Below are positions 36,576 to 44,396 of a stretch of DNA of 44,396 nt, piece after piece (the stretch's first letter is position 1; each line of letters opens with the position of its first letter). The notes beneath the pieces are model-generated. The model saw nothing but the letters and a program-made list of their open reading frames with translations. It made no database searches and had not been told where the DNA came from. The position numbers and the translations under genes are program-made. The stretch is from NCBI RefSeq assembly GCF_001194135.2, contig NC_068982.1, positions 9,142,082-9,186,477 on the forward strand, in the 5' to 3' direction. The stretch comes from Octopus bimaculoides (Eukaryota).

Positions 36576-39500
36576 NNNNNNNNNNNNNNNNNNNNNNNNN
36601 NNNNNNNNNNNNNNNNNNNNNNNNNNNNNNNNNNNNNNNNNNNNNNNNNNNNNNNNNNNNNNNNNNNNNNNNNNNNNNNNNNNNNNNNNNNNNNNNNNNN
36701 NNNNNNNNNNNNNNNNNNNNNNNNNNNNNNNNNNNNNNNNNNNNNNNNNNNNNNNNNNNNNNNNNNNNNNNNNNNNNNNNNNNNNNNNNNNNNNNNNNNN
36801 NNNNNNNNNNNNNNNNNNNNNNNNNNNNNNNNNNNNNNNNNNNNNNNNNNNNNNNNNNNNNNNNNNNNNNNNNNNNNNNNNNNNNNNNNNNNNNNNNNNN
36901 NNNNNNNNNNNNNNNNNNNNNNNNNNNNNNNNNNNNNNNNNNNNNNNNNNNNNNNNNNNNNNNNNNNNNNNNNNNNNNNNNNNNNNNNNNNNNNNNNNNN
37001 NNNNNNNNNNNNNNNNNNNNNNNNNNNNNNNNNNNNNNNNNNNNNNNNNNNNNNNNNNNNNNNNNNNNNNNNNNNNNNNNNNNNNNNNNNNNNNNNNNNN
37101 NNNNNNNNNNNNNNNNNNNNNNNNNNNNNNNNNNNNNNNNNNNNNNNNNNNNNNNNNNNNNNNNNNNNNNNNNNNNNNNNNNNNNNNNNNNNNNNNNNNN
37201 NNNNNNNNNNNNNNNNNNNNNNNNNNNNNNNNNNNNNNNNNNNNNNNNNNNNNNNNNNNNNNNNNNNNNNNNNTATATATATATATATATGAAATGGGGT
37301 GGGTTTGTAGTGGTATGTGTGTTTATGTTCATATTTTTGTGTGCGTGAAGATTCAGATGATGTTTAAACAGACCCAGTCTGTGAAACTTTTTTTCAATAT
37401 TGTTCTGAAGCTATTTCACAACTATCATTTCGTCCCGTTGTCAGGTAATTGAGAACGATCACCAACTGATATATTGCTGTGTCTAATTCAGATATGAAAT
37501 TATCTCTGTATAAAATCAGATTCATTTTCCATCAAAATATACTGAAAGTGAAATATTTATTTCTCACACTAAATAACATGAATGAGTTCTAATTGTAATA
37601 CAGGAAATTTCGTTTTTTATTACTGCATGTTTTAACTTAGGATTATAACCTGAGAAGTATTAATGTACTTTGTGGTTAACAAGCTTACTTTGCAAATGTA
37701 AACCCTTAAAAGTTATGTCCCAGCATGGCTGCAGCCCAATCGCTTAAAGCTTAAAATTGCGGAAAATACAGAACGTTTTCTCTTCAAATAAAAGCAATTC
37801 AAATGGGAAAATGAGCATTGCATCACATCCTTATTAGATATAATATTACACATTATATCGTATATAACTTACCATGCACATGTGTTGCCACAGAACGCAT
37901 CACGCTAAATTGATTCATATAATTCATACAAATCGCTCGACTTCAATCATGTTTCACTGAATTTTCACGAGTGTAGCTTACCCTTCATTTTATGTATGAG
38001 CACAGTTTCATCCCTTTTTAATTCAAACTTGATATTTTCATATAAGACATTAAAAATGTCATTTTACATGGTTATATTTTCTCCAACGGATTCGTTGGTA
38101 TCTTTGTTTCATGAGAGACATTGAGTTAGAAATCAAAGGAGGTAAGGTAATTAAATGCTACCGTGTATTGAAAATTGGCAAATGTTTCAGCCTATGTAAT
38201 GTGGTATTGGTGTGTGAAAACAAAGAAAGTTTGGAGAAATATAGGTTCCTTAAAGTTACATTTGTCCGTTCTTCAAAGAGATGTGGAGTTAGACTGGAGT
38301 TACTTCAAGACTAAATGAAAACATTTGTAAAATACTGCAATAGCATGTCAGCTACGTGCACAAATAGGTTAAGAGTTAGTATTGCTTAAGTGCAAAGCAT
38401 TTTGTGCGCAGTGAATGCGGTTGCCTTAGCTGTAAAAACAGAGTATTTGAAGTTCTACAGAACATTGACCATCGCGTGATACGATGGTACAACATTACAT
38501 GAATAATAATTCTATAATCTGAACTCAATAATTTGATGTCGATGTATTTATAGCCAAGAGAATTCCTTTGAAATTGAATATAATTACCATTTTACACTTA
38601 TGTTGAAAAATATATTCTTCAGAACTAGAAATAGTATAGAAGTGCAAAGTTTAAACGGATCAATGAATTGAATTTTAAATTGTTCTGAAATCGGTTGCTG
38701 AAACAATGTCTCTTCGGTGATTGTTATTGGGTCAGTTTAGTATTTAGCAAGCTAGAAGAAACGCAGAGCAATAAAACACTATATTCTTTCTTCTAAGAAG
38801 TTTAGATCATGCAGCTGTCAATTTTGTTTGTCAGCCAAACTACAGGGTGATACAATATATGCATGTCATTGATTTTCGATTCTCAAATAAAATGCAAGAC
38901 GCCGTTCAAGCAAAATACGCATTCATTGATACACTTTGTATTTATTTACTAAATACATGACATAACTGAAAGTTTTCTTTAAATGCAAATTAGTGCAAAT
39001 GCTGGAGAAGAGAATATGAAATTCATTGTACAAAGCTACGTAATATATTTGTATATTAGCATAATGTTTCCACAAATCTGACTGTCATTGGCTATGGTTG
39101 TGACATTGAACTAAGAGTCAAATACATACAATCTTGTTTTAATTGATCCATTTCAAAATGTCTGATCATAAGTTTAGTCATATAGAAGCGAATGCTTTAA
39201 AGCCGTATGGAACATTAATTGAAACGCTACTGTCTACAACATGTAATTTGCCGATAGGCAATAATAGATTACGTATTGATTGATAAAGTTGGATTAGTCG
39301 CTTGAAACAGAATGGTCCAGGAATAGCAAAAGTGCATTCTTGACGTCATTAGATTGATTTGTTACTATAAATAGCTTGAAGGCACGAATGCAAAATACGT
39401 TACGGCGTTGTTTAGAGTGTTCAACAGTACATTTCCCCTCTAGCAAATCTACCCTTAATGCGTACAAGATGTGAATATATGAATATGGCATTTTCGTTTA

Positions 39501-39811
39501 ATCCAACTACAGAAAATTCTTACATTGACAGGGGTAATAACCATATTATGTATACACGTTTGTGTGTGTGTATGTGTGTGTATACATACACGCATGCGCA
39601 CTCACAAGCATAGCGTATGAGGTTTAATTTCATTATCAAAACCTAAAATGTGATCATTCCAATGAAAGAAATTGGTGAGAAAATGAATGTTGATATGGAT
39701 AGTCAATGGTTTTGCCTTCATTTGCTGACTGCCTGACTGACTGAATAAATTGTGAATTGTATAGTAAGATAGATGTCTTGACACAGAGAAAACCAGCCTG
39801 TGACACTGTCC

Positions 39812-40200
39812 ATCATCGTCATCATCCAGTGTTTTAAGTTCGGGTTTTGTCCCCGTTAACAGAGGTGGCCGGATCTACCTCAATGCCATAGCAACCAAGG
39901 TAGGCAGATGCATCCCACCCCAACCTTTGGGCTGGCTGGTGCCCATTCTCCTTTGCTATCATGAGGCTTCTTTGGAGCTGCATATTTTCCGGAGAGCATG
40001 TCCTTCCTAACCCCCAACCTCAGTTTCTAGATATGAGTGGTTCTGAGACCAAGGCCTCTACCACGACTTTTGAGAAATGTGGTGGAAAACTAGCTCAGGA
40101 AGGCAGGGACGCTACTCCCTGAGAACCCTTTCGGAGCTCCCCTACCTATTTTATAGAAAAGCGGGTGATTCAATGGTAGTTTCCAGGTCCATCAAGTATC
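39812..40200 (-). mobile_element. Unclassified retroelement 3' remnant
   Basis: GC-richer block starting with a CATCATCGTCATCATC tail and containing ...GTCCTTCCTAACCCCCAACC, similar to RTE-related 3' ends; no clear ORF. Confidence 0.35.
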
Positions 40201-41034
40201 TGGGACGCAATTTGGTCTTATTAAATATACCCTATAGAGTTTAAATGGAGCTCAGGTTACATAAATTTTACTTGTTAACACAGGGCACACCAAACACTAT
40301 TGGCATACTAAACTGACTGCGACCCTACGAAATCAAAGCAACCTGGTATCTGCTTCTAACAGAACATCCAAACCATGACTGCAAATGCTTGACGCTAAAC
40401 TTCAAACAGCTGGTGTTGCGCTCAGCAATCTTGATCCTCTTCTCAAGAAACAATACTTTGAGTAATTGCTCAAGATTTTCAAACTTTTGGTTCAAGTGAA
40501 TAATTTGTGATGTGACGTTTCTGTTCATTGAGAAAAGCCTGCAGTCGGGTTCCCGTGACTTCCTCTGTGGGTGGTTGTCCTTGATGTGCTAACTCATCTG
40601 TTTCTGTCTCAATTTTATGAATCTCGCCTACACTGTTAAACCATCTCTATTTCACCATTATTTCATTGTAGTGGTTCTTATGAGGGGTGTAAATTTTTCT
40701 GCCAAAACCTTGCTCAGTCAGATGGCGTTCCAAAAAAATAATTCGATATAGAAGTCTGGAACTAACCAGGTTTTATAACAGTAACATGGGTAACATACTA
40801 GGGCTTTTTCGTTTTCGCGCACATTATTGATGGCCTTCAGAACAACTCTTCGGTTAGTAGTCTTGTCCATGGTTACAGCACTGCTTTTTTTATAAGCACA
40901 AAAGTACGTATTATTCACACAATACAATTGCATAAAAGGACTCTCAGAAGCCATAATACACAAATGTGCTCTAAAATATTTATTGAATATTTTGAGATCA
41001 ATAGGATACTCGTATATTATTATTTTAACGCTTG

Positions 41035-41250
41035 TTAAGGTGGCGAGCTGGCAGAATCATTAGCACACTGGACGAAATGCTTAGCGGTATTTCACCCTTC
41101 GGTACGTTCTGAGTTCAAATTCCTCTGAGGTCGACTTTGCCTTTCATCCTTTCGGAATCAATAAATAGAGTACCTGTTGCGTACTGGATCGATCTAATCG
41201 ACTGACCCTCTCCTCCGCGACTTCAGGCACTCTGCGTATAGTAGAAATTA
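41035..41250 (+). mobile_element. SINE family A
   Basis: Full head, core and tail. Confidence 0.85.
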
Positions 41251-41484
41251 TAATTTTAACATTTTTTCGTTCAGAGCAATAATACTGTAAATTAATGGGG
41301 ATTTCCTCGAACTGCGATGAAGATCTCTTCTCACATCTGCTATGCAAAACAGTTATGCTATTTCTGAATATCCATTTTTCTCTTTAATGTTGAAATTTCT
41401 CAGACACGCATGTAAACGCACATATGTGTGTACATATGTGTGTACGCACATCAAACTCGGACACGAGTGGTACCCACGACGACC

Positions 41485-41536
<52 letters not shown>

Positions 41537-41599
41537 GTGTGCATGTTTGTGTGTGTGTAGGCAAATTCAAGGATAAAGAAAACGAAAAACAGCATTAGT

Positions 41600-42400
41600 C
41601 AGTAGGACGTATTCAGTGAAAGTATTAGAATAGAACTAAGTGAAAGTTTAGATGGGAAAAAATAGGAATAGAAATGACGTTTCAAGCATAGCTCTTCGTC
41701 GGATAGAGGAAGAAATCCAGAGAAGACGAACAAGTGGAGGCAGCAGATAGTCCCGAGAAAAGCACCGAGAGTCTGAGTGTTGTGTGCGTATCAGTGTGTG
41801 TGTGTATGTGTGTGTGTGTGTGAACTGGTGTGTGTATATATGTTTGTGTCTATGTATGTGTTTGTATGTGTGTATATCTATCTTTTAGTGTGTGTACAGG
41901 TATGTGTGTACGTGTGTGTGTGTGTGTGCGTGTAATGGGTAAATTATGAATGTAAATCTGTGAAAGTGTGTGGAAGATAAGTAGAGAGAGAAAAGGAGGA
42001 TGAGTTTGGTGAGAGAGATGGAATTTGGAAGTTGTTGCAAGAATGAAGATGTTACAAACAGGACGAGTGTGCTAAGTCCAATCAGTATATGAGTTGTGAA
42101 ATGTACCGTTGCTTCTTGCAAAATCTGATTGTGGTGGGTGCATCGTGTAAGGCCAGGTCGAACACCATGAAGTGTTGGATGGAGTGGTTGTTGAAGTAGA
42201 AGTGGCGGGCAAGTGAAGTATCTTTTCTGGAGGCGGATATCTCATGCATGTTCAGGAAATCTGTCAGCCAGACAGCAGCCAGTCTGCCCAATATATAAAG
42301 ACCCGCAAAGAGTACATTTAAGGCAGTTGATGACATTAGACTAGATAAGGAAATCATTTATTTAACGCCAGTGATACTTCGTTTGTGAGACCCTTCTTTT
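41600..42400 (-). mobile_element. Penelope-like element, 5'-truncated: GIY-YIG remnant plus pLTR
   Basis: Minus strand: SNVINCLKCTLCGSLYIGQTGCCLADRFPEHA*DIRLQK, frameshift, DTSLARHFYFNNHSIQH. Downstream lie a pyrimidine-rich 3' region and a hammerhead-like motif. Confidence 0.85.
41676..41703 (-). ncRNA. Degenerate minimal hammerhead motif of the Penelope pLTR
   Basis: CCGACGA-A-GAGC-TAT-GCTT-GAAAC-GTC; the core has U4C, so it is probably inactive. Confidence 0.6.
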
Positions 42401-43243
42401 CTGTTATTACTGGACCATCGTTTGACAATTCTCCTTGAAAATGAAAATATCACACTTTAGAACTTGAAATATCTTGAATGTTTACTAGATATCATGTTAG
42501 ACTGAGCCTATTTGTTATCGTTATTGCCGAATTAGACACCAGCAATCGTTTCCTATATAAACAGCTTAGTTATTGGTTTGATATATTCTTTGAAGCCTAT
42601 TAAAAATATCTGAAGCCATGCTATATTTGCGTTGTAGTAAAGAAATTAACCCACCTGCTTACTCAAACTAAAAGAATGACCATGCAGTGTGCTTACATAG
42701 AGGTAATGAAACAAAAATATAAATAGGGCATTGTTTCTTTTTATAAATGAAGATTATGAACAAAGACTATAATTACATACCTATCTAAGAAACAATGATA
42801 TATTATTCTCTTTCTCTCCCACTCTCTCTCTGTCTCTCCCTCTCATGTACACGCACGCTTTGTTAAACCATAAGAACACTCACATAATCACACATTCTTG
42901 CACATCTGCTACAACTTGCAGAATGTCTATTAATGGATTACGTCATACACAGACTAATATTTTTTCATCCGAATAGATAACATTGTTTCACATCGTAGAA
43001 CTGCATTTTCCGCTTTCTTAAATATACCCAGTCGTACACTTCTGCGAGAAAGATTATCTCAATATAGACACCCCATTCATTCGTTCCACTCTTAGACTTC
43101 ATTAACTAAGAATTAACATTTTTGTTGTGATATTAAAACTACTTGTCCTTAACCCTTCCTTCTCTCATGGAAATTTAACATTATTCATTCTTATCCTGGT
43201 CTCCTTGTCGGTATATTTTGACAGTATGTTATTTTCAATTGTT

Positions 43244-43602
43244 TAAATTATTTACATTTGACGGATATTTATCCTCATCTTGTTTGTTGTTAACACAATG
43301 TTTCGGCTGATATACCCTCCAGCCTTCATCAGGTGTCTTGGGGAAATTTCGAACCTGGGTTCTCATTCCCAAGGTATTTTTCAATGTTATTATTATTATA
43401 ATTATTCAGGTCACTGCCTGGAATCGAACTCGGAATCTTGAGGTCAGTAGCCCGCGCTCTTAACCACTACGCCATATGCCCGTGGCTATATTTAATAATT
43501 TCTTTATTTGGTTGTTGGCAAACGCGACCATTTATCAGGTGTCTTGGGAAAATTTCGAACCTGGGTTCTCATTCCTAAGGTATTTTTCGATGATGATATT
43601 AT

Positions 43603-43637
<35 letters not shown>

Positions 43638-43735
43638 TTATTATCATTATTCAGGTCACTGCTTGAAATCGAACTCGGAATCTTGGGGTTAGTAGCCCGC
43701 GCTCTTAACCACTACGCCATATACCCGTGGGCATA

Positions 43736-43780
<45 letters not shown>

Positions 43781-43929
43781 TCGAAAAATATCTGAAGACA
43801 TCTGAAGAAGGCTGGAGGGTATATCAGCCGAAACGTTGTGTTAACAAGAAACAAGATGAGGACAAATATCCGTCAAATGTAAATAACGTAAATAATGTAC
43901 ATAATTCCTCATCTCTTAAATATAGAACT
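43244..43929. mobile_element. Family D composite: minus copy, second minus head, then inverted plus tail
   Basis: Minus copy at 43244-43533, minus head at 43534-43730, plus (AAT)n-hammerhead-tail at 43731-43929. Confidence 0.9.
43797..43842 (+). ncRNA. Minimal type I hammerhead ribozyme with an intact catalytic core
   Basis: Stem I GACAU/GUGUU; core CUGAAGA+A; stem II GGCUG/CAGCC; GAAAC; GUU triplet; palindromic AACGUU in place of a stem III loop. Confidence 0.7.
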
Positions 43930-44061
43930 TTGTTATTTTCAATGTCTTATGCATGTTCAGATTGGGAAGTACCAAGATTATGTATGGCATATTTTAAAAA
44001 TCTGTTGCCATATATCAGTCCAATATGCAATTTCATGATTGAACGTTTACTGGATAGGCGC

Positions 44062-44192
44062 ATGAGTGGCTGTGTGGTAAGTAGCTTGCTTACCAACCAC
44101 ATGGTTTCGGGTTCAGTCCCACTGCGTGACACCTTGGGCAAGTGTCTTCTATTATAGCCTCGGGGCGACCAAATCCTTGTGAGTGGATTTGG
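44062..44192 (+). mobile_element. SINE family B 5' part, truncated
   Basis: GAGTGGCTGTGTGGTAAGTAGCTTGCTTACCAACCAC...CCTTGTGAGTGGATTTGG. Confidence 0.85.
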
Positions 44193-44369
44193 GCTGGCAT
44201 GTGTAACCTGATCACCTCTACCGATCAAACACACAACCCATGCGCTCCAGTTGCAACACCGATTCTGCTCAAATTTGACGTCATGTTACTTAGTTTGGTT
44301 TGAAATAAAGAACTTGATTAGCGTAATAATCCCAACTTAATGCCAGGCAAAGCCGGGCTATACTGCTAG
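44193..44369 (+). mobile_element. Helitron-type 3' terminus
   Basis: Hairpin GCCAGGC-AAA-GCCGGGC at 44342-44358, then CTAG at 44366-44369 followed by T. Confidence 0.6.
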
Positions 44370-44396
44370 TATATATATATATATATATATATATAT

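Noticed and set aside
40330-40760. Possible mariner transposase remnant on the minus strand
   Set aside because: Only vague similarity to the N-terminal HTH region; no WVP, DD34D motif or TIR seen.
1-44396. CRISPR array or prokaryotic operon/defence system
   Set aside because: No repeat-spacer array and no dense gene packing; the sequence is eukaryotic repeat-rich DNA.

Overview
AT-rich, repeat-dense eukaryotic DNA from a gapped short-read assembly (7 N-runs, nearly all bordered by microsatellites). The SINE families and TTAGGG repeats match what I recognise from octopus (coleoid cephalopod); this is an inference. I found no intact, identifiable host gene, and no RNA gene or CRISPR array is supported. 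The window holds about 25 copies of four tRNA-derived SINE families, a deleted Tx1/L1-clade LINE (7885-10490), four RTE-type LINE remnants, a Penelope-like element with a GIY-YIG remnant (41600-42400), several foldback/MITE elements and a Helitron-type 3' end. The main candidates for novelty are: (1) a tRNA-headed SINE-like family whose tail carries a minimal type I hammerhead ribozyme and repeatedly inserts as inverted pairs, resembling Penelope pLTRs; (2) GGATC...GATCC foldback elements with 8-bp TSDs that carry telomeric repeats at their centre; (3) a templated insertion at 43.3-43.5 kb apparently copied from the locus at 21.0-21.2 kb; and (4) an unidentified, stop-poor reading frame at 12.5-13.7 kb.
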